From Candidatus Moanibacter sp. (GTDB lineage Bacteria; Verrucomicrobiota; Verrucomicrobiia; Opitutales; UBA2987), in assembly GCA_965215885.1 (NCBI GenBank), contig CBDCEW010000105.1, positions 32,001-96,000 on the forward strand: a stretch of DNA of 64,000 nucleotides, in the 5' to 3' direction. Below, in pieces: positions 1 through 9,447 of the stretch. The notes under the pieces are model-generated. The model saw only the letters and a program-made list of their open reading frames with translations, was not told the DNA's origin and did not search any database. The position numbers and the translations under genes were made by a program. The number at the start of each line of letters is the position of its first letter. The first letter of the stretch is position 1.

Positions 1-793
1 TTTCACGAAAAGAAGCTACCGTCCACACAGAAGGTCCTGAGCCTCTCGGACGGATCGGCGGCCTACATCAAGAAGGGCAGCCGCAATCCAGTGATCGGGT
101 ACAAGCCACAACTGGTTCGCAGCGAAAACGGTTTTGTCACCAGCCTGATCGTACCGCAAGGCAACGCGGCAGACTCCATTGAGCTGGCGCCGGCCATCGG
201 CGATTCGATCAAGCGCACCGGTGTCATTGCTGAACTGGTCAGCACCGATGACGGATATGCTTCGGCGAAGGGACGCAAGGAGGTGCTGAGCATGGGGGTA
301 AAGCAGATCAGTATCAGTGGGGCGAAGGGCAAGAAGTTGACCACCCCCGAGGACTGGGAGAGCGAGGCGTATCGCGAGGCACGCCGCGATCGCTCCGCAG
401 TGGAGTCGCTGATGTTCACGATTAAAGATGGATTTGCCTTTGGCGAACTCGGCCGCCGCGGCATCGATGCGGTAGGCGATGAACTGCTCGAGAAGGTTCT
501 GGCCTACAACTTCTGCCGCATCATACTGATGAAGAAACGCCGAGGGGAGGAACTGGAACAGGCAGCCTGAATCTGACCGCTTTGAAGCTCAGAGAAAAAA
601 GCACCACGGGATGAGTATGCCTCCAGACAGCGGCAAATATACGTATTGTGCAGCAAGCCACGCCGATGGCCGCTCAATACCTGCTCATCGGCAGCGCCGG
701 CAGCCTAAAACCCGAAACCTGCCAGCCATAGGCTGGTCCGCCCGTGGCGGAGAACCTTAAACCGCCCGCTCGAAAGGCTTTTCGAATGGGGTC
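1..793 (+). mobile_element. IS copy 1 (3' part; window starts inside the transposase)
   Basis: Matches the 3' part of the copy at 1195-3111. Ends in IRR ...GCTTTTCGAATGGGGTC at 793, followed by TAGCCA. Transposase C-terminus stops at 570. Confidence 0.95.
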
Positions 794-1194
794 TAGCCAG
801 CCTCTTCTCCGGATACACATCGTAAACCACCCCCTCAGGCATCATCTTGACCGTCGGATCGAGCAAATCTACGGGAATCTCGAGTATCGGATCGAGGGCG
901 ATGTCGATATCGCTCGGGGTGGCATAGCTGATTTCTTTGACGGATTTATAGTACTTTGTGGGTAATTCCGCTTCGAGACTGAATACCGGCCAATCATTCG
1001 TTTTGGATTTCCGCCGGAATTCGAGTTTTATTTTCAAGGGCTTCCCGGGCATTGATTTTCCCACGCTTTCGCTATCGATCGACATCTTGGACTCCAGGGG
1101 TCTGCCATCCCGTGTAAACGACTTCACCATATATTCCTTTTCGTGTCGCAACAGGTCCAGGGGAAGCGACTCGGGCACCCGGGTAGACCGTCTA

Positions 1195-3111
1195 GACCTT
1201 ATCCGAAAAGCTACTGATTGGCCGCAAAGAGGCGCAAAAGGCGCAAGAAAAACTTGAGAAAAATCATTTTTTGGCTTGATAAAAAGTGTCGCAACATGCT
1301 AGTGTTTAACAACCTAAGATTAAGAAAGGAGTTAAACATGCCAACATGTGCGACAGAGGAGAACAAAAGCGATAAGACGCCCCTTAGCAACCTCATTCTG
1401 CCGGTTCCAGACACGGATTTCCGTGATTTTCTGGATGAAGTTGAAGAATTGGCCGGGTTCGCGGCGCAAATCATCGAGGCGATCGAGAAGGATCTGGACG
1501 CCCATGCGCGTGAGAAGAAGAAACTTCGATTGGAAGATCGAAGGTTCTTTGAAGGGCGCACAGCGGAGCTGCCGGAGCTGGACATCGAGGAGGAGAATAT
1601 TCTGGCTGCTGAATTGAATCTTGCGGTAGGCCGGCCGCGGATGCCGGCTTATGCGGTATACGTGTTCGTGATGATTCGTGGGTTTCTCGGTTCGTTGACC
1701 ACGAAACCGGCACGGCGGTTTGTGCGCGAGTCGATGAGCTTGTACGGATTTCTTCAGAGGCGGGGACTGAGGATGCCGGCGGTGACGACGATTCTGGAGA
1801 ACGTGAACCTGGTCAGCCATAGGACCCGCGAGCTGATCTTTGATAAACAGATTGGGTTTATCCTCCAGGAGCAATGGGACGATTTCGGGAAGCTGACGAT
1901 CGACAGCACCTCGGTGAAAGCAAACAGCTGCTGGCCCACCGATGGGAGGATTCTGAGCGGTCTTTTGATGCGGGCCAATCGTTTGGGTCAGAAGTTGCAT
2001 ATATTCGGGCTGGAGGATTTTCGCAAAGGATGGGTTGGGCGTTGGCTGCAGGAGATGGACAAGCTGGAGTTTCAGATTTGTCTGGCCGCGGGCAAACCGA
2101 AGTCGAAGGGCAAGCTGAAGAAACACTACCGGCGGTTGCTCAAGCGGGGCCGCAAGGCGGCCGACTCACTAACGGGGGAACTGAGCCATCTTGAAGAGGG
2201 CCTGTCGATGGATTCACTGCCTCCCACTCGCCGGGAGCTTCTGGAGCGGGCATTGAGCCAGATCAGGGGCGATATTGCCGACGCCAAGCGGGTTGTTGAG
2301 TATGCTCATGATCGGGTGTTTCACGAAAAGAAGCTACCGTCCACACAGAAGGTCCTGAGCCTCTCGGACGGATCGGCGGCCTACATCAAGAAGGGCAGCC
2401 GCAATCCAGTGATCGGGTACAAGCCACAACTGGTTCGCAGCGAAAACGGTTTTGTCACCAGCCTGATCGTACCGCAAGGCAACGCGGCAGACTCCATTGA
2501 GCTGGCGCCGGCCATCGGCGATTCGATCAAGCGCACCGGTGTCATTGCTGAACTGGTCAGCACCGATGACGGATATGCTTCGGCGAAGGGACGCAAGGAG
2601 GTGCTGAGCATGGGGGTAAAGCAGATCAGTATCAGTGGGGCGAAGGGCAAGAAGTTGACCACCCCCGAGGACTGGGAGAGCGAGGCGTATCGCGAGGCAC
2701 GCCGCGATCGCTCCGCAGTGGAGTCGCTGATGTTCACGATTAAAGATGGATTTGCCTTTGGCGAACTCGGCCGCCGCGGCATCGATGCGGTAGGCGATGA
2801 ACTGCTCGAGAAGGTTCTGGCCTACAACTTCTGCCGCATCATACTGATGAAGAAACGCCGAGGGGAGGAACTGGAACAGGCAGCCTGAATCTGACCGCTT
2901 TGAAGCTCAGAGAAAAAAGCACCACGGGATGAGTATGCCTCCAGACAGCGGCAAATATACGTATTGTGCAGCAAGCCACGCCGATGGCCGCTCAATACCT
3001 GCTCATCGGCAGCGCCGGCAGCCTAAAACCCGAAACCTGCCAGCCATAGGCTGGTCCGCCCGTGGCGGAGAACCTTAAACCGCCCGCTCGAAAGGCTTTT
3101 CGAATGGGGTC
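1195..3111 (+). mobile_element. IS copy 2, 1917 bp, DDE transposase (IS5/IS1182/ISNCY-like; family not certain)
   Basis: TIRs GACCTTATCCGAAAAGC / GACCCCATTCGAAAAGC (14/17). 6-bp DR CGTCTA at 1189-1194 and 3112-3117. Confidence 0.95.
1338..2888 (+). CDS. DDE transposase (516 aa)
   Basis: ATG 1338 follows AAGGAG. Motifs IDSTSVKAN, STDDGYAS, RSAVESL. Confidence 0.9.
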   Translation: MPTCATEENKSDKTPLSNLILPVPDTDFRDFLDEVEELAGFAAQIIEAIEKDLDAHAREKKKLRLEDRRFFEGRTAELPELDIEEENILAAELNLAVGRPRMPAYAVYVFVMIRGFLGSLTTKPARRFVRESMSLYGFLQRRGLRMPAVTTILENVNLVSHRTRELIFDKQIGFILQEQWDDFGKLTIDSTSVKANSCWPTDGRILSGLLMRANRLGQKLHIFGLEDFRKGWVGRWLQEMDKLEFQICLAAGKPKSKGKLKKHYRRLLKRGRKAADSLTGELSHLEEGLSMDSLPPTRRELLERALSQIRGDIADAKRVVEYAHDRVFHEKKLPSTQKVLSLSDGSAAYIKKGSRNPVIGYKPQLVRSENGFVTSLIVPQGNAADSIELAPAIGDSIKRTGVIAELVSTDDGYASAKGRKEVLSMGVKQISISGAKGKKLTTPEDWESEAYREARRDRSAVESLMFTIKDGFAFGELGRRGIDAVGDELLEKVLAYNFCRIILMKKRRGEELEQAA

Positions 3112-3892
3112 CGTCTAAAGACATAACTCTCTGTTTGGTGATTCTCCAGGCTCACTGTGATTTTCTTTTCCGGCCAGGGTGACGTCTTATCCGATCTCTC
3201 AAATACTATGGACTCGGATATCGGCGTCTTCCCAAGAGTCTCTCCATTGACACTGACCGAGGCACCACTTGGGCGCGTATCAAATCTCAGGCTCACGAGT
3301 TCCCTGATCCGTTCCAACCTAACCTCGGGCGGCAGCGAATCATCTTTTGATAGTAAAATTCGCTCCGTTTGAAAGTCCTCCAGGACGAGTGACAACTCCC
3401 GGCTCTTCCACGGTGCACTCTTGTTATCTCTACTAAAGGCAACCTCGAAACTCAAGGGTGTCTGCCCCTGGGTTTCACCATCCAACTCCACTGCGGCGCC
3501 GGTGGGGTCGCTATCCAGGGAGTAGGACTCGCTCACCACAATCGGTTGAAGGGTGATGTTGACGACTTTTACTCTGCTCCGGACATCATAAGATACTGTT
3601 TCAGCAGTAAAGATCCTCGGGGCAAGCCCCGAGGCATTTGATATTAGACTTTATGAATTAGAAACGAAGCAAGCTTCGGGGAATTAAACCCGAAGCGATT
3701 AAAAGGGGTACCTCGCCCGGCAACATCAGCGTTAGTCTATCATTGTTCAATTGCAGGATCTCAGATTCGAAACTGGCCGAAGTCTCAGTTTGCGAGGCAA
3801 GCTTCCCGCTTTTTTCTGCATCAAACAGTGGCAGAGTCTTCACGCCAGTTCGGTCCGTCAATACCGGGACCGACCCGGCATCTGTCTCAACC

Positions 3893-5188
3893 TCACTCAT
3901 CGGTCCATCCCCGCTCGTGAGCGAGTCTTGAACCGGGCTGGTAGCATCCCCCCTTCCGCTCCGCTTCCCCGGGGTATGGAATAATCTGCCGCAATTCATG
4001 ATGAATTGTTCCATACGCCTCTTTCGCATACTCCGGTAGGGGAAGCGCTGAAGGGGGAACCAAATAAGCAACACAAAGGGCCGCCAAGAGGAGACAGGTA
4101 AACATCAGCGCCATTAGCCACCGAGTGCGGGTGGGCCTTCTTTTTTCTTCCTGCTTCTCCTTGACTTCCTTCTCCGTTGGGGGCACCTGCACGATGACCG
4201 TCTCATCGTCAAACGTTTGCGTCTGCGTATCGCCCTCCGAGTCTGCAAACAACCCTCTTGCCGGGGTTCTTGCGAAGTCCGGACCGTCTGGCAGCAAACC
4301 AAGACATTGAGCTACCTCTCGCGCCGATTGTGGACGACCCGAAGGCTCTTTTGCCAGGCACCGTCCAATCGTCGATTCCCATTCTTCAGGAACCGGCTCT
4401 CCCTTTAATTCGAATAGCGCCCTTTGTTCATTTATCGGAGTCGGCTCCTTTTCCCTCACCTGAATGAAAATTTCACCCCTGAAGAATGGAGGTTTGCCCG
4501 TTAGAAGCTCATAAAGGGTAGAGCCCAATGCATAGATGTCGTCGCTCGCTGAGGGATGCTCTCCCATCATTTGCTGCGGACTCATGTAAGCCAGAGTTCC
4601 CGATGTGGTTCTCTCCCGTGTCAGGCGGCTGTGCGTTTCATGCAAACTGCAAGCGACCCCAAAGTCAGCCACTTTTAGATTGCTCTCTTCACTCACCATT
4701 AGATTTGCCGGCTTGAGATCCCGGTGTACGATCCGCGCCGATGAATGCGCATATTCCAGCGCCTCACACAATTGCCGGGTCCATCGGTCGATCTCGCCAG
4801 CTGAAAAGGCGGTGCCGGTTTCGTCGAAATGATTGGCGTTTAATTTTCTAAGCGTCGAACCTGTCACGTATTCCATCGCAATGGCTGCCATCTCCTCGTT
4901 ACTCACAAGATCATGGATGCGAACGATATTTGGATGAGTGAGTTCAAGGCTCTTGTTCGTCTCCTGCTTCAGGTCTTTGAGAGCCACTTCATCCAGACGC
5001 ACCAGTTCGGGCAGGAATTTCAGCGCCACGTCCCGCTCCAGTTTGCTGTCGCGGCAGCGCCATACCACGCCCATACCCCCTCGCCCCAGTAGGTCTTCCA
5101 GAGAGTAACGGCCGAATACGAACTGACCTTCCCTTAACCCCGGTACCGTTTCGCCAAATTCGGCCTCCGATTGCGGAGATTCCGACAT
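3893..5188 (-). CDS. Hanks-type Ser/Thr protein kinase with TM helix; probably frameshifted (~3970) from a longer C-terminus
   Basis: GRGGMGVV, VALK, HRDLKPAN, DFG, GTLAYMSPQQ, DIYALG motifs. Hydrophobic segment WLMALMFTCLLLAALCVAYLV. Confidence 0.93.
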   Translation of the reverse strand: MSESPQSEAEFGETVPGLREGQFVFGRYSLEDLLGRGGMGVVWRCRDSKLERDVALKFLPELVRLDEVALKDLKQETNKSLELTHPNIVRIHDLVSNEEMAAIAMEYVTGSTLRKLNANHFDETGTAFSAGEIDRWTRQLCEALEYAHSSARIVHRDLKPANLMVSEESNLKVADFGVACSLHETHSRLTRERTTSGTLAYMSPQQMMGEHPSASDDIYALGSTLYELLTGKPPFFRGEIFIQVREKEPTPINEQRALFELKGEPVPEEWESTIGRCLAKEPSGRPQSAREVAQCLGLLPDGPDFARTPARGLFADSEGDTQTQTFDDETVIVQVPPTEKEVKEKQEEKRRPTRTRWLMALMFTCLLLAALCVAYLVPPSALPLPEYAKEAYGTIHHELRQIIPYPGEAERKGGCYQPGSRLAHERGWTDE

Positions 5189-5544
5189 AAATCAGCGTGA
5201 TGTTGCAAGGTAAAGGCCAAAAAAGGCAATCCATTTATGCTTGCCTGCACCCCTTCCAATCAGATCCCCTCCGGGGTTGGTTGACCATCACTGAGTTTTA
5301 CTTCCGTTCCGCGCCAGCGGGCCAGGTCCCCTCGTGGGAGGGGTTAGGGGCAAACGGCTAAAAAGTTGACTCGCTAAACTTCCCATTCCATGCTGAACTC
5401 GAGTACTTAAGGCATCAACTGGCCGGCCACTTGGACAGTAATTCTTATCCTGGGATTCGGTCGGACTCCAAGTTCGACAGATTCCTCATCTGAAGAAATC
5501 CGTTCACCAAAAAGTAGAAAGAGCCCGCATTCTCACAATCAGCT

Positions 5545-6408
5545 ATGCCCGCCACAATTGAAAATTCAGAGGGCGAGAAGATCCCATTCAGTGGAACCTG
5601 CTCTTTCGGAAGAACACCCTCAAACACGGTAGCTCTTACCGATAACGGTGTCTCTCGAAGGCACGCAATTATCCACTATCAAGATGGTGGTGACTACCTT
5701 CTTGTAGACCTCGGGAGCACCAATGGCACCATGCTTAACGGCCGCTATCTACATCGGCCAACTGTCCTGAAAAGTGGCGACCGCATCTCTATCCTTAGCC
5801 AAAGCTTTTCTTTCTTCAATCAGGATGAAGAAGGGGTCCCGGGTCAACCGGGTGGGACGTCCACTCCCTTTGATCAGAAAACCATTGCCAGCATTGGTTT
5901 TGTCGACTGCTGGCTCCTGGTTGCGGATATTCGGGGTTTTACCAAATTCAGTCAAACGATTGCCCCCGATGAACTCACACGAATGGTTGGAAAATGGCTC
6001 CTGAGCTGCAGCGATATTATCGAGAATCACAGTGGTGTCATAAACAAGTATCTCGGCGATGGATTCCTCGCCTACTGGAGGGACGCTGAGGACATGAACA
6101 GGAGAGTCGCGGGAGCGATCGATGCTTTCAAGGTAATACAAGCCAAAGGTGATCCAAATTTCAGAATCGTCTTACACTACGGGTCCGTAGCGATTGGAGG
6201 CGCCCCGGGTCACGGTGAGGAGAGTATGCTTGGGCCCGATTTGAATTTTGCCTTTCGTATGGAAAAGGTCGCCTCCAAAGAAGGAGCGGACCTTGTATTC
6301 AGTGAGGCGGCCTTCGATAAATGGCCGGAGACTCTCCCCCATGAGACTTTCAATTCCGACGTTCCAGGATTCGATGGCACCCGCCTATTCTACTCTGTAG
6401 TCGATTAG
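5545..6408 (+). CDS. FHA domain + class III adenylate/guanylate cyclase domain protein
   Basis: FHA motifs GR..SRRHA..DLGSTNGT. Cyclase motifs VADIRGFT, KYLGDG, GPDLNFAFRME. Confidence 0.9.
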   Translation: MPATIENSEGEKIPFSGTCSFGRTPSNTVALTDNGVSRRHAIIHYQDGGDYLLVDLGSTNGTMLNGRYLHRPTVLKSGDRISILSQSFSFFNQDEEGVPGQPGGTSTPFDQKTIASIGFVDCWLLVADIRGFTKFSQTIAPDELTRMVGKWLLSCSDIIENHSGVINKYLGDGFLAYWRDAEDMNRRVAGAIDAFKVIQAKGDPNFRIVLHYGSVAIGGAPGHGEESMLGPDLNFAFRMEKVASKEGADLVFSEAAFDKWPETLPHETFNSDVPGFDGTRLFYSVVD

Positions 6409-6522
6409 GAGATTAAACTTCGGCTCCGCCAAAGTCCTCTCCAAAGGTCGAAAGGCTTTGACTGTCTTACCCCTTGTATCCCGCCTCCCAATTCCATATC
6501 CTTTCCCAAGCCATGATTTATC

Positions 6523-6922
6523 TTCCGACTTCCGACTTCCGACTTCCGACTTCCGACTTCGACTTCCGACTTCCGACTCCGACTTCCGACTTCCGACCTC
6601 CGAATTCCGACCTCCGACCTCCGACCTCCGACTTCCGATACCCTTCCGACTTCCGACCTCCGACCTTCCGACCTCCGACCTCCGACCTCCGACCTCCGAC
6701 CTCCGACCTCCGACCTCCGACTTCCGACCTCCGACTTCCGACTTCCGACTTCCGACTCCGACTTCCGACTTCCGACCTCCGACCTCCGACCTCCGACCTC
6801 CGACCTTCCGACCTCTGACCTCCGACCTCCGACCTCCGACCTCTGACCTTCCGACCTCTGACCTTCGACCTCTGACCTTCGACCTCTCTCGACCTCTGAC
6901 CTCCGACTTCTGACTTCCGAAC
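6523..6922. repeat. Heptamer simple sequence repeat (C[T/C]TCCGA)n, ~57 units
   Basis: Directly visible. It degenerates to CCTCTGA/CTTCGA at the 3' end. Confidence 0.97.
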
Positions 6923-6923
6923 T

Positions 6924-8045
6924 CTGAACACTCGCTTCCTTCTCCTCCTCCTCACCCTCGCCGCCATCTGCCTCGGCCTGCCTCTTCTTGGCATAATCGT
7001 CAGCGATTTGCCTCTCCAGGACTATCTCCAGTTTCCACCCCCTACCCGTTTCAAGGAACACCCCAGCTTCTCACTCCCAGCGACCTGTGCCTTCGCTGTA
7101 ATCACCATTCTTCTCGTCGCCATCTGGATAATGGGTCGGCCGGCGTACTCACCGGCGCTCGTTCCGTCTCCTTCCACCCACCGCTACCGCTTTCCAACCT
7201 GGGGCTGGTTTGGACTAGGTTTCGGCGCTGTCACCTGGGTCCTCGCCTGGTCGCGTTTCCCATGGTTCTCGTCGCTTCAATCATATACATTCACCCCGCT
7301 TTGGCTGAGTTTCATTATTGTGATCAACGCACTCACCGTTCGACGGAAGGGTTCATGCCTCATTATCAAGCAGACAGCTCTCTTTTTAGCCCTCTTCCCC
7401 GCCAGCGCGCTCTTCTGGTGGACCTTTGAGTACTTCAACCGCTTCGTCCGAAACTGGTACTATCTTGAGGTTGACCGCGTGAGCGCCCTCGAATACGGGA
7501 TTCACGCTTCCATCTGTTTCTCCACAGTCCTTCCCGCCGTCTATAGCGTCTACGCTTTTCTCTCCTCCTTCCCTGGGCTGCAGCGCATTTTTTCCCACGG
7601 TCCGCCCCTGCGTTTGCGCTACAAAGCCGAGATGGCATTCCTGCTCCTCCCGGCCTCGGCCGCTTCCTTTTTCTTCATCGGGCTCTATCCGCATATCCTC
7701 TATCCTCTCCTCTGGTCCGGACCACTCCTCACCTGGATCGCCCTCAATTATCTGGCGCGCACTCCCATCGACTTCGGCGGCATCGAAAACGGTGATTGGA
7801 GATATCTCTTCACCTGGGCCCTCGCCGCTCTCTTCTGCGGCTTCTTCTGGGAGATGTGGAACTTCTACAGTCACGCGAAATGGGTTTACAGTGTGCCTTA
7901 CTTCCAAGCCTTCCACATCTTCGAAATGCCCTTGCTCGGATACACCGGTTACCTCCCTTTCGGCCTCGAATGCGCCTGCGTTATCCAGGTCTTCTACGGT
8001 AGGGAAACGAGCAGAGTTCAGTTTTCAGAGTTCAGGAAAGAGTGA
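6924..8045 (+). CDS. Multi-pass membrane protein of unknown function
   Basis: Many hydrophobic helices; FWEMWN and FEMPLLGY motifs. The frame is open upstream of 7008 through a hydrophobic segment (NTRFLLLLLTLAAICLG) to a CTG at 6924. Start uncertain. Confidence 0.8.
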   Translation: MNTRFLLLLLTLAAICLGLPLLGIIVSDLPLQDYLQFPPPTRFKEHPSFSLPATCAFAVITILLVAIWIMGRPAYSPALVPSPSTHRYRFPTWGWFGLGFGAVTWVLAWSRFPWFSSLQSYTFTPLWLSFIIVINALTVRRKGSCLIIKQTALFLALFPASALFWWTFEYFNRFVRNWYYLEVDRVSALEYGIHASICFSTVLPAVYSVYAFLSSFPGLQRIFSHGPPLRLRYKAEMAFLLLPASAASFFFIGLYPHILYPLLWSGPLLTWIALNYLARTPIDFGGIENGDWRYLFTWALAALFCGFFWEMWNFYSHAKWVYSVPYFQAFHIFEMPLLGYTGYLPFGLECACVIQVFYGRETSRVQFSEFRKE

Positions 8046-8389
8046 CCAATATTCAGTCCTCGGGACTCTTCCACCCACCATTCGACCCTCCCTCACCCGC
8101 CACATGGCACTCGTCAGTTTCCCACTTACGCTATTCAACGGTTCACTCTTCACTCTTACTTTCATTCTCCCTCTCCGTCGGATCCCGCTGAGCGGGAGTA
8201 GACCCCGAGCTCGTCGAAGGGCTTCCTTCGCTTTCGCGCATTTTCGCGTTTTTGGCGGGCATAACTCTTCGAGAACGAGAACGATTACGAGCACGACAAA
8301 GAGGATTACTTTCCACCGTCACTCTGCAACTTTTCACTTTTCACTGCTGATCCCGCTCAGCAGGACGAAGTCCCGGCTTGCCGGGCTCA

Positions 8390-8774
8390 CCGGGGAGAAG
8401 GAGCGCCTCCGGAAGATCAAAGCGAGAATCTCCCGGAGGGATACCAGAACGACCTGCTGAGAAACCATCCTGGGGGGCTCCCGCAAATCAGGAAGCTGCT
8501 TGCTGGTTGGAGAAAACGTGGTGAAAACGAGCCACAGATTTCCCTCGACCGGCTTGCGGAGATTCAGGTTAGAACATTGATTATGTGCGGGGATCGTGAC
8601 GAGACCTTCACGCTTCCGGTGATTATGGAGCTTTACCAATCATTTCCCAATGCCGAACTTTGGATCGCGCCCGGATCCGGTCATCCGCTTTACTGGACGG
8701 AGTGGGGAGGAAGCCGTTTTCTCGAGGATGCTTTCCCCAAGGTCGCGCTTCGTTTTTTTCGAGACAAGGACTAA
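8390..8774 (+). pseudogene. C-terminal remnant of an alpha/beta hydrolase
   Basis: LAEIQVRTLIMCGDRD...FPNAELWIAPGSGHP; no N-terminal half. Confidence 0.65.
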
Positions 8775-8879
8775 CTCGAAAATCCGTGAGATTTTCGGGT
8801 TAGAGAAAGCGAAACTGCACATGGAAAGAAGGGGGGCAAGCCGTCAAAATCTTGTTTTTTAGCAAGGTTTGACGTAGAA

Positions 8880-9096
8880 GAGGCTGATATTCAATGAAAT
8901 ACAGTCGACCCGTCGTCGCTTCGCTTTGCCGAGGCAGGCAAGGTTTGGGATCCCGCTCAGCGGGATTCGCGACGAGGTTTCCAAGGGAAGTAGGAGTTTC
9001 TTTCTGCATTCGCGTACATCTGCTTGGTCTGCCGTACGGCAGACCGGTTCTCTTCTTCTTTTTTGATTGCGGCTTAGCTGCGCCAGGCCATCCGTG
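8880..9096. repeat. Composite MITE/REP element (related copies at ~21310-21524, 21882-22040, 43330-43400, 63260-63410)
   Basis: Shared blocks GTCGACCCGTCGTCGCTTCGCTTTGCC, GGAAGTAGGAGTTT, CATCTGCG..GGTTCTCTTCTTCTTTTTTG.TTGCGGCT. Perfect palindrome GGTCTGCCGTACGGCAGACC at 9026-9045. Confidence 0.8.
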
Positions 9097-9276
9097 TCAG
9101 GACATGAACTCATCCCGAAGGATCCGGGATCGGCGTTCGTAGCGTCCAGGCCAATCAACAAGCAGGTCGCCGTTTTCGACCATCAATCTCAGAGGATTGG
9201 AGCGCGTTTTCAATGGCAGATGGATCTTCTGCCGTTTCCGCGCTGATTCGAAGAGAGCCATCATCACTTCCTGAAC
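9097..9276 (-). pseudogene. C-terminal remnant resembling Gfo/Idh/MocA oxidoreductase tails
   Basis: Manual translation QEVMMALFESARKRQKIHLPLKTRSNPLRLMVENGDLLVDWPGRYE. Family assigned from memory. Confidence 0.45.
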
Positions 9277-9447
9277 CGCAAGGCGTCGGGATGGTTGTCG
9301 GCGATGGCGGCAATCTGCGTCGGCTGTCCGTGAACCCCCAACCAGCCGCGTGCATGCACGCGGGCAATCTTTCCCCGTAGCTTGCTAAGGGGTCGCTGAC
9401 TTTCTCAAGCATCATCGTGCGCGGAGCACCCGATCCACCAGTAGCAA

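Larger units (their letters stand above)
794..3650 (-). pseudogene. PEGA-repeat protein (probable extracellular part of the upstream kinase gene) interrupted by two IS copies
   Basis: PEGA-like units (SDPTGAAVELDG..GQTP; TRPSGASVSVNG..GKTP) in 3075-3539. Removing IS copy 2 and one CGTCTA joins ...ESYVFRR to STRVPESLPLD... (794-1188) in frame. The gene is cut again by IS copy 1 at 793. Confidence 0.75.

Noticed and set aside
1218..1337. 40-aa basic N-terminal extension of the transposase
   Set aside because: TTG start inside the IS left end with no RBS; ATG 1338 has AAGGAG.
6405..7061. ORFs with SEVGGRR / PTSDLRP repeats
   Set aside because: Translation by-products of the heptamer SSR on both strands.
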